This document shows, one piece after another, positions 1 through 10,035 of a DNA stretch of 64,000 nt. The notes under the pieces were generated by a model that saw nothing but the letters and a program-made list of their open reading frames with translations, was not told the origin of the DNA and did no database searches. Origin of the DNA: an uncultured Gammaproteobacteria bacterium (GTDB lineage Bacteria > Patescibacteriota > Patescibacteriia > UBA10025 > JAHIVO01); the NCBI GenBank assembly GCA_964592105.1, contig CAZQBL010000013.1:17706-81705 (forward strand), in the 5' to 3' direction. Numbering within the stretch: position 1 is the first letter of the stretch; the number at the start of each line of letters is the position of its first letter. Made by a program: the position numbers and the translations under genes.

Positions 1-274
1 AGTAACCGGGTTCGGGAAAGACAAACAGCATACCCTTTGCCACGCTCAAATAGTCCCGACCAGCCAGACCCTTTGCCTGAGCGTGTTTTGACTTTACTAC
101 TTCAGCCTGGATAATCCCCTTGCCGATCTGGACTTCAGCCGTCTGTCCTAAAACCTTTTTTACATAATAAGGAGCTAAATCTTTGACACGTGAACCACCG
201 ATAAACCAAAAAGTCATGCCCAAAATGATTGCGATAGTGAACATAGCCGCCAATGGATGTTTTCTTTCAAACAT
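1..274 (-). CDS. DUF192-family protein, 5' part (truncated by window edge)
   Basis: Manual translation MFERKHPLAAMFTIAIILGMTFWFIGG...IQAEVVKSKHAQAKGLAGRDYLSVAKGMLFVFPEPGY; N-terminal TM and a GL..R......GMLFVF motif typical of DUF192. Confidence 0.8.
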   Translation of the reverse strand, partial: MFERKHPLAAMFTIAIILGMTFWFIGGSRVKDLAPYYVKKVLGQTAEVQIGKGIIQAEVVKSKHAQAKGLAGRDYLSVAKGMLFVFPEPGY

Positions 275-294
275 ATAAATTACTTTGCCTTAGA

Positions 295-1407
295 TTATTT
301 TCTTTTTTTTCTATACAAAATGATAACGGTCACACCCAGAACCAACATCAGACCCAAAAGCGTACCCAAAGCCAACAATTTCTGACTACTACCTAAAAAT
401 AGCGCCGCCACTCCGAAGATCAAACTGATACAATAGAGAAAAAGAACCGCCCCGCGATGAGAAAAACCAGCGTCCAGCAAGCGGAAGTGCAAATGTTTGC
501 GATCAGCCGTTTTAAAAGGCGACTTCTTTTCCCAAAATAATCTCCTTAAAATAACCCAGATCACGTCCAAAATGGGTATGCCCATGATTAACAGTGCCGT
601 GGCGATTTTGGCGCCCGAAATTATGGACAAAACTCCCAAAAAAAACCCCGCAAACAGGCTACCGCCTTCCCCCAAAAAAATCTTGGCTGGATGCCAGTTA
701 AAAAACAAAAAACCCACAAAAGACCCGGCTAAAATTACTGATAACAAAGCGGTTTCGGGCTGGGCCACTTCCTTGTTTAAACTTAATAAAAACAGTACCA
801 CTGCTCCAATTGTCGTTATGCCCGAAACCAGACCATCCAGACCGTCCAGAAACTTGGTAGTATACATCATACCCAATAACCAGACCAAAGCGAACAAATC
901 GGCCCACACTACAATATGGTAAGGCAAGCCACCCCAAGTAAAAAGTTTCACTTTCAGCGTGTCCAAATAAATTGTTCCGCCCAAAGGGTTAGTAATGTAA
1001 TCGATGCCAATACCCGAAATAATAATCACTAGAACTGCCAGGATTGGCCAAATTATCTGCTGGTGTGGCTTCAAATTGAATTTATCATCCAAAAAACCGC
1101 CAATCATGAGCAAAGCCCCAGCCAAAAGAATACCTAGCAAATGCTTAGGCAAAAGATAACCACCTAGAAGTCGCTCGGTAAATAAAGCGTAATAACATAC
1201 CACTATCAGAACCGATAAAAAAATTGCCACTCCGCCCAGCAGGGGCACTGGCATTGTTTGTATTTTTCGTTCGGGAAAGTTTTCCGGCCTATCAACAATG
1301 TTAAAACATCTGGCCAGCTTGCTCACTCCAAAAGTCGAAACAAGCGAAATGCCCAGAGCCGCGAGAAAAGGCACAATATAGTTGTTAATAGACAAAGGAT
1401 CAGACAT
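295..1407 (-). CDS. MraY/WecA/TagO-like undecaprenyl-phosphate glycosyl-1-phosphate transferase (GT4)
   Basis: Polytopic; PLLGG, GFLDD, DGLDGL, PAKIFLG, DRKHLHFRL motifs; start set at MSDPLS, which overlaps the ruvX stop. Confidence 0.9.
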   Translation of the reverse strand: MSDPLSINNYIVPFLAALGISLVSTFGVSKLARCFNIVDRPENFPERKIQTMPVPLLGGVAIFLSVLIVVCYYALFTERLLGGYLLPKHLLGILLAGALLMIGGFLDDKFNLKPHQQIIWPILAVLVIIISGIGIDYITNPLGGTIYLDTLKVKLFTWGGLPYHIVVWADLFALVWLLGMMYTTKFLDGLDGLVSGITTIGAVVLFLLSLNKEVAQPETALLSVILAGSFVGFLFFNWHPAKIFLGEGGSLFAGFFLGVLSIISGAKIATALLIMGIPILDVIWVILRRLFWEKKSPFKTADRKHLHFRLLDAGFSHRGAVLFLYCISLIFGVAALFLGSSQKLLALGTLLGLMLVLGVTVIILYRKKRK

Positions 1408-1819
1408 TATTTTTCTTATCCAAAAAAGTTTGTAAAATGATTCTAGCGGAATCCTGATCAACCAAGGGGCGAATCTTTTTGGTATTTTTGCCAGCCGCTT
1501 TCAGCAAGGAACTAGCCAGGGTCGTGGAGAATCTCTCATCTTCAAAAAAAATTTTGACTTTTAAATTGTCGCCAAGCAGTTTGGCAAAGTTCTGGACTTT
1601 CCTGGCGGCCGGACCAGGCTGGCCGTCAGGATTTAAGGGCAAACCAATAACAATGGCGCTAACTCGTTCCTTGGTGCAAAATTCGCGAATTACGGCAACG
1701 ACATTTTTTGCCTGATCGTTTATAAGCGCCGCGCGGGAAAATGCAAATTTTTTCTCTTCGTCAGAAATTGCCAAACCAATCCTTCTTTCGCCATAATCAA
1801 TACCCAAAATCTTCGACAT
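1400..1819 (-). CDS. ruvX: Holliday junction resolvase-like / pre-16S maturation nuclease RuvX (YqgF)
   Basis: ILGIDYGERRIGLAISD, IVIGLP, DERFST motifs. Confidence 0.95.
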   Translation of the reverse strand: MSKILGIDYGERRIGLAISDEEKKFAFSRAALINDQAKNVVAVIREFCTKERVSAIVIGLPLNPDGQPGPAARKVQNFAKLLGDNLKVKIFFEDERFSTTLASSLLKAAGKNTKKIRPLVDQDSARIILQTFLDKKNNV

Positions 1820-1824
1820 AATAT

Positions 1825-2571
1825 TTATTGAGTAATAACCTCCGCCCCTTTTTCAGTAACCACTATCGTATCCTCAAAATGAGCAGACAACGAACCGTCA
1901 ACCGTGGCAATAGTCCAGCCGTCCTCTAAAGTAGCTACCTCGTGGCTACCGATATTGACCATCGGTTCCAAAGCTAGGGTCATTCCGGCTTGAAAAACAG
2001 TGCCGGTTCCTTTAGTTCCGTAATTGGGTATTGGCGGCCCCTCATGGACAGAATAACCGACCCCATGGCCGACCAAACTTCGGACTACGGAAAAACCATG
2101 TTTCTCAGCATAATGCTGAACAGCATGACCATAATCACCCGTGGTTGCACCGGCCCGAATTTGCTTGATGCCAAGGCGCAAAGCTTTCTTTGTAACCTCG
2201 ACTAATTTTTTCACGCGGCTGGTAACTTTTCCTACCAGCGCGGTCCGCGCCATATCAGTGTACATACCCTCGTATTCCAATCCAATATCAATGCCCACAA
2301 TATCCCCGTCATGTAAAATCTTCCCCGGTCGCGGAATGGTATGAACCACTTCATTATTCACCGAAAGACAAGTGGCCGCCGGGTATCCTTTATAACCCTT
2401 GAATGATGGCTGACCGCCTGCTTTGCTAATGAGCTTCTCCGCCAGTTCATCAAGCGCCACGACGGAAACGCCTGGTTTGGCAGCCTTGACCACTTCCTTG
2501 ACGACTTTGGCTAATATCTGGCCACCCTTACGCATTTTTTTTATTTCTTCCGGTGTTTTTATGGTAATCAT
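1825..2571 (-). CDS. map: Methionine aminopeptidase type I
   Basis: SVNNEVVHTIP, DIG, TDMART, GHGVG..VHE, LEPM, SAHFEDT. Confidence 0.97.
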   Translation of the reverse strand: MITIKTPEEIKKMRKGGQILAKVVKEVVKAAKPGVSVVALDELAEKLISKAGGQPSFKGYKGYPAATCLSVNNEVVHTIPRPGKILHDGDIVGIDIGLEYEGMYTDMARTALVGKVTSRVKKLVEVTKKALRLGIKQIRAGATTGDYGHAVQHYAEKHGFSVVRSLVGHGVGYSVHEGPPIPNYGTKGTGTVFQAGMTLALEPMVNIGSHEVATLEDGWTIATVDGSLSAHFEDTIVVTEKGAEVITQ

Positions 2572-3248
2572 TTAGATCGCATTAAAAAATCATTCAATCT
2601 ATCGTTAATTTCGGAAAAAACATCTTCAACTGTTTGCTCTCCATTGATGCGCAATAAACATCCTTTCTCATAATAAAATTGTTTCAACGCCTGCATGCGT
2701 TCCAGATACTGACGATAACGCCGACGAACCACTTCTGGTTTGTCGTCTGGTCTGGTGATCAGTTCAATTCCGCAGACATCACATTTATTGCTGTCATAAT
2801 TCGGCGAAAGCGGATAAAAAACCCTCTTGCACTGGGAGCATAATTTACGTTTAGATAAACGTTCAACCGATTCGTTTTCGGTTATATCGACATAAAAAAC
2901 AATTGGTTTGGGCAAGTTAAATTCTTTGACTAAATCTTCCAGACCCTCAGCTTGAGCCAAAGACAGGGGAAAGGCGTCAAAAATTACGCCCCGGGATAAA
3001 TCCAGAGATGACAACTTCCGGCGAACCGCTTCGATTACCACATCATCCGGCTGGGGAATTCCCTGATCGTATCTTTTTTTAATTTCTATGGCTAGCTGAT
3101 CACCGTCAACCGCTTTGGCCCTCAGCTCGCGGATTAAATCCCCGGTCACCACTGTTTCCAGATTATATTTGTTCTGCAGTAATTCGCGTTGGGTGCCCTT
3201 ACCCGCGCCTGGCGGACCAATCATTACAAAATCAAATCTTTTTTCCAT
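2568..3248 (-). CDS. adk: Adenylate kinase family (Zn-LID) NMP kinase
   Basis: GPPGAGKGT P-loop, CSQC/CDVC lid, RPDD; sits after secY. Confidence 0.9.
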   Translation of the reverse strand: MEKRFDFVMIGPPGAGKGTQRELLQNKYNLETVVTGDLIRELRAKAVDGDQLAIEIKKRYDQGIPQPDDVVIEAVRRKLSSLDLSRGVIFDAFPLSLAQAEGLEDLVKEFNLPKPIVFYVDITENESVERLSKRKLCSQCKRVFYPLSPNYDSNKCDVCGIELITRPDDKPEVVRRRYRQYLERMQALKQFYYEKGCLLRINGEQTVEDVFSEINDRLNDFLMRSK

Positions 3249-3337
3249 AATTGACTTTATTATACATTATTTAAACATAAAAAAACACCTTTCTAAAAAC
3301 AAAAGTGTTCAACTAATTTGTTCCTGGACAAAAAACA

Positions 3338-4612
3338 TCAAAAACCCTCGTAATCCCTCATCACCAACTGTGATTCAATCTGTTTAACAGTTTCAATGAC
3401 CACACTGACGACTATCAGCAAGCTGGTGCCGCCTACTACTAAAGCAGTAGTATTCGTCGCGGCTTGAACGATGTTGGGTAAAATAGCAATAACACCCAAA
3501 AACAGCGCCCCACCAAGAATAATACGATTGCTAACGTAGCTTAAAAAATCAGAGGTTGGTTTGCCCGGTCTGATTCCGGGAATAAATCCACCCTGCTTCT
3601 GTAAATTTTCCGCAATTTGCGTGGGATGAAAAACAACAGCCGTATAAAAATAAGTAAATGCCACCACTAAAATAAAATATAAGGCGGCGTAAAAAACCTG
3701 ATTCTTAAAAATGTCCACTACCCAAGTTGCCAAAGTCGCCAACCAAACAATGGTTGAATTGACAAAAAACTGCGCCACCATGGGTGGAAACAAAACAATC
3801 GAAACGGCAAAAATAATTGGTATCACGCCAGCTTGATTAACTCGTAATGGCAGATGTGTATCCACCCCGCCATACATGCGCATTCCCCTGATACGTTTGG
3901 CGTAGGAAACAGGCACATTGCGCTGACCTTCGGTAATAAAAACAACGGCCGCTACCGTAATAATTCCGATGACTATAAAAATTATGACACCGCCGATTTT
4001 CGAGAAGTCAAATGTGGCCAATGTCTGTTGCACGGTTTGGGGCACCCGCGCCACTATACCAGCGAAGATTATCAGGGAAATACCATTACCGATATGTTTT
4101 TCTGAAATTAATTCACCGATCCACATCAGGAAAACCGTACCCGCAGTAATGGTAATAATGGTGCTGATCAATTGAAATAGCGACATATCGCCGATGATTC
4201 CCTGTCCGGACTGTTTTAGCAGTGTAATCATGCTATAAGCCTGTAAAGCCGCAAGGGGGATGGTTAGCAAGCGCTGATACTGATTGATCTTGGCTTGACC
4301 AGCCTCCCCTTCTTTTTGTATTTCCTCCAGTTTAGGAATAATCATGGTCAAGAGCTGAAAAATAATTGAGGAGGTGATAAATGGTGCCACGCCCAACATA
4401 ACGACTGAAAAATTTTCCATGCCGCCGCCGGAAAAAATGTTCAAAAGGCCCAGCAACTGGTTGGACTGAAAAAAATTTTTTAGATTTTCCACATTAATAC
4501 CGGGTATGGGAATATGGGCAGCAAACCGAAAAACAAAAAGCATGCCCAGCACAAATAAAATCTTGTATCGAAGCTCCTTAACCATCCAAATTTGTCTGAT
4601 TTTCTCCCACAT
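3338..4612 (-). CDS. secY: Preprotein translocase SecY
   Basis: LGVAPFITSSII, IGNGISLIIFAGI, AGVIPIIFA, GIRPGKPT, GGTSLLIVV. Confidence 0.99.
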   Translation of the reverse strand: MWEKIRQIWMVKELRYKILFVLGMLFVFRFAAHIPIPGINVENLKNFFQSNQLLGLLNIFSGGGMENFSVVMLGVAPFITSSIIFQLLTMIIPKLEEIQKEGEAGQAKINQYQRLLTIPLAALQAYSMITLLKQSGQGIIGDMSLFQLISTIITITAGTVFLMWIGELISEKHIGNGISLIIFAGIVARVPQTVQQTLATFDFSKIGGVIIFIVIGIITVAAVVFITEGQRNVPVSYAKRIRGMRMYGGVDTHLPLRVNQAGVIPIIFAVSIVLFPPMVAQFFVNSTIVWLATLATWVVDIFKNQVFYAALYFILVVAFTYFYTAVVFHPTQIAENLQKQGGFIPGIRPGKPTSDFLSYVSNRIILGGALFLGVIAILPNIVQAATNTTALVVGGTSLLIVVSVVIETVKQIESQLVMRDYEGF

Positions 4613-4628
4613 AGACGGCTTAATCTCG

Positions 4629-5072
4629 TTATTTAATTAGCTGAGCGGTGCCGCCGGCTTTAATTATGGCATCTTTTGCGGTTTTTGAAAAACCATGCGC
4701 CTGTACGTTTAATTTTTTGGCTAATTGGCCGTCGCCCAAAATTTTCACCTCGCCCTGTTGGCTAGCCACCAAACCAACCTGGACCAGTCGGGAAGGATTA
4801 ACCAACGACCCGTCAGCAAACCTGCTCTCTAAATCTTTCAAATTAACTACAAAGGGTCTTTGTTTCAAACCTTTAAAGCCTTTCCTTTTGGGGATTTGCA
4901 AAAGGAAAAGTTTCAGACCGCGTCTTTTTAATTTTTTTCGGCCGCCGGTACGGGCCCGTTGACCTTTTTGGCCACGGGTAGAATAGGTACCGTGCCCGGT
5001 AGCATCACCGCGACCAAGACGTTTGATCTTTTTATGTTTTACCGATTTTAACTGAGAAAGGGATAATGACAT
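4629..5072 (-). CDS. rplO: 50S ribosomal protein uL15
   Basis: RLGRG..G.GTYSTRGQKGQRAR, VKILGDG, IIKAGG. Confidence 0.97.
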   Translation of the reverse strand: MSLSLSQLKSVKHKKIKRLGRGDATGHGTYSTRGQKGQRARTGGRKKLKRRGLKLFLLQIPKRKGFKGLKQRPFVVNLKDLESRFADGSLVNPSRLVQVGLVASQQGEVKILGDGQLAKKLNVQAHGFSKTAKDAIIKAGGTAQLIK

Positions 5073-5073
5073 A

Positions 5074-5583
5074 TTATGACCGTAATTCTTTAATTTGTCT
5101 AATATCTCGTAGCTTGGCCAAAGCCAGCAAAGTTGCCCTAACGTTATTTATCTTACTTTTCGAGCCAAGCATCTTGGAAACCACGTTTTTCACCCCGGCC
5201 ATTTCGAGAACTGACCTTACTGCTCCACCGGCAATAATACCGGTACCTTTGGGAGCCGGCTTTAGCAATACTACAGAGGCACCGTATTTTTGCCTAATCT
5301 GGCAAGGTATGGTCTCATTAACCATTCTAACCTTAATCATGTGTTTCTTGGCCGCGGTCACCGACTTATTAATGGCAACAGAAACATCAGCTCCTTTACA
5401 CAAACCCATACCCACTCGACCAGCTCTATCGCCAATAACTACACAGGTTCTGAAGCTCATTCTTTTGCCGCCAGCCATGACACGGGTCACCCTGGCGATA
5501 TCGATCAAAGCCTGATCAAACTCTTCGCTATGTCTATCCTGATTACCAAATTTATTATCTTCTCTTTTTCTTGATTTAACCAT
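5074..5583 (-). CDS. rpsE: 30S ribosomal protein uS5
   Basis: RVTRVMAGGKR, LKPAPKGTGIIAGG. Confidence 0.98.
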   Translation of the reverse strand: MVKSRKREDNKFGNQDRHSEEFDQALIDIARVTRVMAGGKRMSFRTCVVIGDRAGRVGMGLCKGADVSVAINKSVTAAKKHMIKVRMVNETIPCQIRQKYGASVVLLKPAPKGTGIIAGGAVRSVLEMAGVKNVVSKMLGSKSKINNVRATLLALAKLRDIRQIKELRS

Positions 5584-5593
5584 AAATAATAAA

Positions 5594-5956
5594 TTAAAAT
5601 TCTAAACCCTTACTGCGCAGGCCTTCGGCGGCAGCCTTAACCCGGCCATGATATTTATTGGCACGACGGTCGAAAACAATTTTTTTAACCCCCAACTTCA
5701 GTGCTTTATCGCCCAATAATTCCCCTACGGCCTTGGCAATTTCGATTTTCTTCATACCCTTTTTGGTTTTTAGTTCGCGATCATTGACTTGGGCTAGTGT
5801 TGTGCCTTGTTCATCATTAATAAGCTGAATGGAAAAATGTTTATGACTGCGAAAGACAGCCGCCCGGGGCCTTTGATCCGTACCGAATACTCGGGCTCGA
5901 ACCCTGCGTAATCTTATCTGCTTTTTTTTCAGTTTAGCCTTCTGAAAATTTTTCAT
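5594..5956 (-). CDS. rplR: 50S ribosomal protein uL18
   Basis: RPR..VFRS, VFDR...YHGRVKA. Confidence 0.98.
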   Translation of the reverse strand: MKNFQKAKLKKKQIRLRRVRARVFGTDQRPRAAVFRSHKHFSIQLINDEQGTTLAQVNDRELKTKKGMKKIEIAKAVGELLGDKALKLGVKKIVFDRRANKYHGRVKAAAEGLRSKGLEF

Positions 5957-5969
5957 ATGCTTTTATCTT

Positions 5970-6518
5970 TTAACCAGCCGCGGTTTTGACCACCTTGCCG
6001 GCCTTGCGTCTAATAACCTCATCAATGTATTTAATACCCTTGCCTTTATAAGGCTCTGGTTTTTTTATAGCTCTGATTCTTGCGGCCGTCTCGCCCACCA
6101 ATTGTTTGTCTATCCCGCTTACTATTATTATATTTTTTTCAACCTTGATTTCTATTCCCTCTGGAATAGAAAATTCAACCGGATGAGAAAAACCTACCTG
6201 CAATGTCAATTTCTTACCGCTGATGGCCGCCCGGAATCCGACACCGCTGATTTCCAATTTTTTTTCAAAACCTTTGGTGACACCTTCGATCATATTAGCT
6301 AGTAGCACCCGGGAAGTGCCCCACAATTCCCGCGATCTCTTTTCATCTTCTTTACGAACCTTAACCAAAATCTGGTTGTCTTTCTTTTCAAAAACTACAC
6401 GATGGTGAAAATCAAACTTCAAGGTACCTTTTGGCCCTTTGACCGTCACGCTTTGGCCATCAATAATAACTTCCACCTCCGCTGGCATTATCACTGGTTT
6501 TTTTCCTATTCTGGGCAT
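5970..6518 (-). CDS. rplF: 50S ribosomal protein uL6
   Basis: RIGKKP, VKGPKG, PEPYKGKGIKY. Confidence 0.98.
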   Translation of the reverse strand: MPRIGKKPVIMPAEVEVIIDGQSVTVKGPKGTLKFDFHHRVVFEKKDNQILVKVRKEDEKRSRELWGTSRVLLANMIEGVTKGFEKKLEISGVGFRAAISGKKLTLQVGFSHPVEFSIPEGIEIKVEKNIIIVSGIDKQLVGETAARIRAIKKPEPYKGKGIKYIDEVIRRKAGKVVKTAAG

Positions 6519-6532
6519 ACTATAAACTAAAT

Positions 6533-6928
6533 CTAATTAACTTCACAAATTATCTCTCCCCCCAGTTTTTCCTTCTTGGCTTCAATATTTGTCATTAATC
6601 CACGAGAGGTGGAAACAATCATCATCCCCAAAGAAGGAAGTATAGTGGGTATATCCCGATAGCTGTAGTAAACTCTCCGTCCCGGGGTACTAACTCTCTT
6701 AATCCCTCTCAAGGCTGGTTCTCCTTTTTTGTATTTCAAAACAATCCGCAACTTGGCCTGAACTTCGCCGGCTTTTTCTATTTTTTCTGTTCCAGCGATA
6801 AAACCTTCACGAACTAATATTTTGGCAATAGCGAATTTAATTTTGGAAAATGGCAATAAAACCTCCGCTTTTTTTACCATAACCGCATTGCGCATTCTTG
6901 TTAGCATATCGGCAATAGGATCTGTCAT
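6533..6928 (-). CDS. rpsH: 30S ribosomal protein uS8
   Basis: MTDPIADMLTR, STPGRRVY, LGGEIIC. Confidence 0.98.
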   Translation of the reverse strand: MTDPIADMLTRMRNAVMVKKAEVLLPFSKIKFAIAKILVREGFIAGTEKIEKAGEVQAKLRIVLKYKKGEPALRGIKRVSTPGRRVYYSYRDIPTILPSLGMMIVSTSRGLMTNIEAKKEKLGGEIICEVN

Positions 6929-6959
6929 AGTCTCTTGAAAAAAATTAGATAATTATTAT

Positions 6960-7145
6960 TTACCAACTAGACTTGGTTATACCGGGGATTTCACCGTTGT
7001 TGGCCAACTCGCGGAAACAAATACGACAAAGATTGAAAGATCTCATATAACCGCGACGGCGACCGCATCTCCAGCAACGTCTGACGATTCTGGTGGAATA
7101 TTTCGGCTTCTTTTTCGATTTGGCTATTTGTGCTTCGGTGGCCAT
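6960..7145 (-). CDS. rpsN: 30S ribosomal protein uS14 (short Zn-binding type)
   Basis: RCWRCGR...LCRICFRELA..GEIPG..KSSW. Confidence 0.97.
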   Translation of the reverse strand: MATEAQIAKSKKKPKYSTRIVRRCWRCGRRRGYMRSFNLCRICFRELANNGEIPGITKSSW

Positions 7146-7155
7146 ATATTTTTAT

Positions 7156-7698
7156 TTAATTCTTTTTAAAAGGAAAACCCAGCAGGGAAAATAATTCAAC
7201 TCCTTCCTTATGAGATTTAGCACTACTAGTAATGGTCACCGCCAGTCCATGTATCCGCTCAACTTCATCTGATCTAATTTCCGGAAAAACAATATGTTCT
7301 TTAAAGCCGATAGTAAGATTGCCTTTCTGATCTACGTTTTTTTCATCAAGCCCCTGAAAATCCCTGACGCGTGCTAAAGCAACATTTATTAGTTTATCCA
7401 CAAAATCATACATCCTAGTTCCCCGTAAGGTCACCGCTACACCGATCACCATGCCTTTTCTTATTTTGAAGGCAGAAATGGATTTCTTGGCTCTGGTCAG
7501 AATTGGTTTTTGTCCGGAAATTCTGGAAATAGTGCTCACCACCGTGTCCAAAAACTTTTCGTCCTTCAAAGCTTTACCAGTACCACAGTTTAAAACTACC
7601 TTCAGTATCCTAGGAACCGCCAAACTATTCTTATAACCCAAGGACTTCATCATAAATGGCACGATCTCCTTTTGGTATTTTGATTTTAGCCTGTTCAT
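7156..7698 (-). CDS. rplE: 50S ribosomal protein uL5
   Basis: ISGQKP, AKKSISAFKIRKG, RVRDFQG, IVFPEI; start at MNRLKSK. Confidence 0.97.
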   Translation of the reverse strand: MNRLKSKYQKEIVPFMMKSLGYKNSLAVPRILKVVLNCGTGKALKDEKFLDTVVSTISRISGQKPILTRAKKSISAFKIRKGMVIGVAVTLRGTRMYDFVDKLINVALARVRDFQGLDEKNVDQKGNLTIGFKEHIVFPEIRSDEVERIHGLAVTITSSAKSHKEGVELFSLLGFPFKKN

Positions 7699-7727
7699 AT
7701 ATTTCAATAACTGAGAATAATGTTTAA

Positions 7728-8036
7728 TTAAATGGCCTGCTTGCATTTTCGACAAATTCGGATTTTTTTACCAGCCTTGTCTTCTAAAATGCCTATCTTG
7801 ACTGGCCGACGGCAGGCCGAGCAGTATATTAGGGCATTGGAACAGTCAATCGGAGCGTTATATCGCACCACCTGGCCCTTTTCACCCATCTTTTTCGGTC
7901 TGACATTTTTAGCCATCATGTTTATCCCCTCAACGACTATTTTATTGTCTTTAGGGAAAACCTGCAAAACTTTTCCTTTTTTGCCTCGGTCTTTTCCATG
8001 AATTATCTGAACTATATCGTTCTTTTTTATCTTCAT
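7728..8036 (-). CDS. rplX: 50S ribosomal protein uL24
   Basis: KOW motif [15 protein letters not shown]. Confidence 0.97.
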   Translation of the reverse strand: MKIKKNDIVQIIHGKDRGKKGKVLQVFPKDNKIVVEGINMMAKNVRPKKMGEKGQVVRYNAPIDCSNALIYCSACRRPVKIGILEDKAGKKIRICRKCKQAI

Positions 8037-8059
8037 ATTAAAATTCCAACTTTTACATT

Positions 8060-8431
8060 TTATAATACTTCCGGTGCCAACGAAATAATTTTCATAAAAC
8101 CCCTGGTGCGCAACTCCCTGGCCACTGGTCCGAAAATGCGGGAACCCACCGGTTCTTTTGTTTTCATATCAATAATCACGCCGGCGTTATCATCAAAACG
8201 TATGTAAGATCCATCGACCCGACGAAACTCTTTGCGCTGTCTGACGATTACCATGTGAACTACTTGTCCCTTTTTTACCATGGCGTGGGGCATGGCTTCT
8301 TTAATGGTCACAGTCACAATATCGCCAATCTGGGCGTATCTTTTTTTATTTCCGCCCAGAACTTTGATAACCATAACGGTTCGTGCTCCGGTATTATCCG
8401 CGATAACTAATTTTGTTCGAGGTTGAATCAT
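8060..8431 (-). CDS. rplN: 50S ribosomal protein uL14
   Basis: [27 protein letters not shown]. Confidence 0.99.
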   Translation of the reverse strand: MIQPRTKLVIADNTGARTVMVIKVLGGNKKRYAQIGDIVTVTIKEAMPHAMVKKGQVVHMVIVRQRKEFRRVDGSYIRFDDNAGVIIDMKTKEPVGSRIFGPVARELRTRGFMKIISLAPEVL

Positions 8432-8434
8432 ATT

Positions 8435-8710
8435 TTAAATTTCTTTAGAATTGGCGCTACTGGTTTTAACCTTACTTACGAACTGCCAACGTTTTTCACG
8501 ACTTATCGGTCTGACTTCCCGAAAAATGACCACATCGCCAGTATGATATTCATTGCGGGGGTCATGAACTTTATATTTCTTCCGAGTAGTATATTGTTTC
8601 AAATACTTAGAATAGGTTTTGGTACGTCGCACCACCACAACTCTAGTTTTGTCCATTTTATCGCTAACCACGGTGCCCTTAAACAATCGGTATTTTTTCT
8701 CTGGGTTCAT
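8435..8710 (-). CDS. rpsQ: 30S ribosomal protein uS17
   Basis: GTVVSDKMDKT, KVHD, RPISREKRW. Confidence 0.97.
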   Translation of the reverse strand: MNPEKKYRLFKGTVVSDKMDKTRVVVVRRTKTYSKYLKQYTTRKKYKVHDPRNEYHTGDVVIFREVRPISREKRWQFVSKVKTSSANSKEI

Positions 8711-8711
8711 A

Positions 8712-8942
8712 TTATTTAACTTTGTCTTTATTAGTCTTGAGTGAATGTTGTTTGACCATTTTCTTTTCTTTTAAAACCGTCAAAATTCTGGCAATCGTTT
8801 TTTTCACCTCGCGAATTTCCCTCACATCTTTGTGTTGTTTAGATATTATTTTAAAACGTAAATCTCGAAAAATTTCCCTGCTGGAAGCCAGCAATTTTTG
8901 TAACTCACTCTCCTGTTTTAGTCTCAATTCTTTCAATTTCAT
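8712..8942 (-). CDS. rpmC: 50S ribosomal protein uL29
   Basis: KELR...DLRF...IREVKKTIARILT; operon position. Confidence 0.95.
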   Translation of the reverse strand: MKLKELRLKQESELQKLLASSREIFRDLRFKIISKQHKDVREIREVKKTIARILTVLKEKKMVKQHSLKTNKDKVK

Positions 8943-8944
8943 AA

Positions 8945-9355
8945 TTAGTCTCCCTTTTGAACAAACTTGGTTTTCACGGATAATTTGTGGGCCGCCAAGC
9001 GCATGGCTTCTTTGGCACCGCTTTCTGGCACACCATCCATTTCAAATAGTACGGTACCGCGCTTGACTGTGGCCACATAGTGGTCCACCGAGCCCTTGCC
9101 GCCGCCCATACGAACTTCCGAGCCGTGCAGGGTAACCGGTTTGTCGGGAAAAATCCTGATCCAGATTTTACCACCTTTTTGCACAAAACGGGTCATAGCT
9201 CGTCTGGCCGCTTCAATCTGACGCGAAGAAATCATCCCATTTTCCATGGATTTTAAACCATAGCTGCCAAAATCTATCATGGTTTTGGAAGTAGCGCTTC
9301 CCTTAATACTTCCTCGCTGCCATTTTCGATGTTTTACTTTTTTAGGTATTAACAT
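8945..9355 (-). CDS. rplP: 50S ribosomal protein uL16
   Basis: [25 protein letters not shown]. Confidence 0.99.
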   Translation of the reverse strand: MLIPKKVKHRKWQRGSIKGSATSKTMIDFGSYGLKSMENGMISSRQIEAARRAMTRFVQKGGKIWIRIFPDKPVTLHGSEVRMGGGKGSVDHYVATVKRGTVLFEMDGVPESGAKEAMRLAAHKLSVKTKFVQKGD

Positions 9356-9370
9356 AAAAATAAAATCTAT

Positions 9371-10033
9371 TTATTTATTGATCGGGGACTCGTCAGCTTT
9401 CTTAAAAACTTCACCACGATTTATCCAAACCTTCACACCAATCACCCCGTAAGTTGTCTGCGCTCCGCCACGACAATAGTCAATATCGGCTCGTAATGTA
9501 TGCAAAGGTATGCTTCCCTGAGAAAACTTTTCCTGCCTGGCTATTTCAGAGCCGCCCAAACGGCCACCAATTATGATCTTAACACCCTTGGCCCCAGCCT
9601 GCATAACTTGTTCCATGGCTCTTTTGGCAATACGCCGGAAAGGCATACGTTTTTCCAACTGCTCAATTATCCCTTGGCACACAATCGCCGCATTCAAGTC
9701 TGGCTTGTTAATCTCGTGTATGTTTATATTAAGTTGAGTTTTTTTAGGCAAGAATTTACTTTTTATCTCTTTTTTCAATTCATCAGCTCCGGCTCCACCC
9801 CGGCCAATAACCACACCCGGCTTGGAAGTGTGCAAATTTATCGTTACCTTATCCCCGGATCTTTCCACTTCAATCAAAGCCACACCAGCTTCTTTAAGTT
9901 TTTTTGCCAGCCATTTACGGATTCGGACGTCCTGCTCTAAAAACTTAGCATAATCTTTTTTGGCAAACCATTTTGATTTCCAATTAGCCGTAGTGACTAT
10001 TCTAAATATTCGCGGATGCACTTTTTGTCCCAT
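9371..10033 (-). CDS. rpsC: 30S ribosomal protein uS3
   Basis: MGQKVHP, KPGVVIGRGG, PLHTLRADIDY. Confidence 0.99.
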   Translation of the reverse strand: MGQKVHPRIFRIVTTANWKSKWFAKKDYAKFLEQDVRIRKWLAKKLKEAGVALIEVERSGDKVTINLHTSKPGVVIGRGGAGADELKKEIKSKFLPKKTQLNINIHEINKPDLNAAIVCQGIIEQLEKRMPFRRIAKRAMEQVMQAGAKGVKIIIGGRLGGSEIARQEKFSQGSIPLHTLRADIDYCRGGAQTTYGVIGVKVWINRGEVFKKADESPINK

Positions 10034-10035
10034 AA

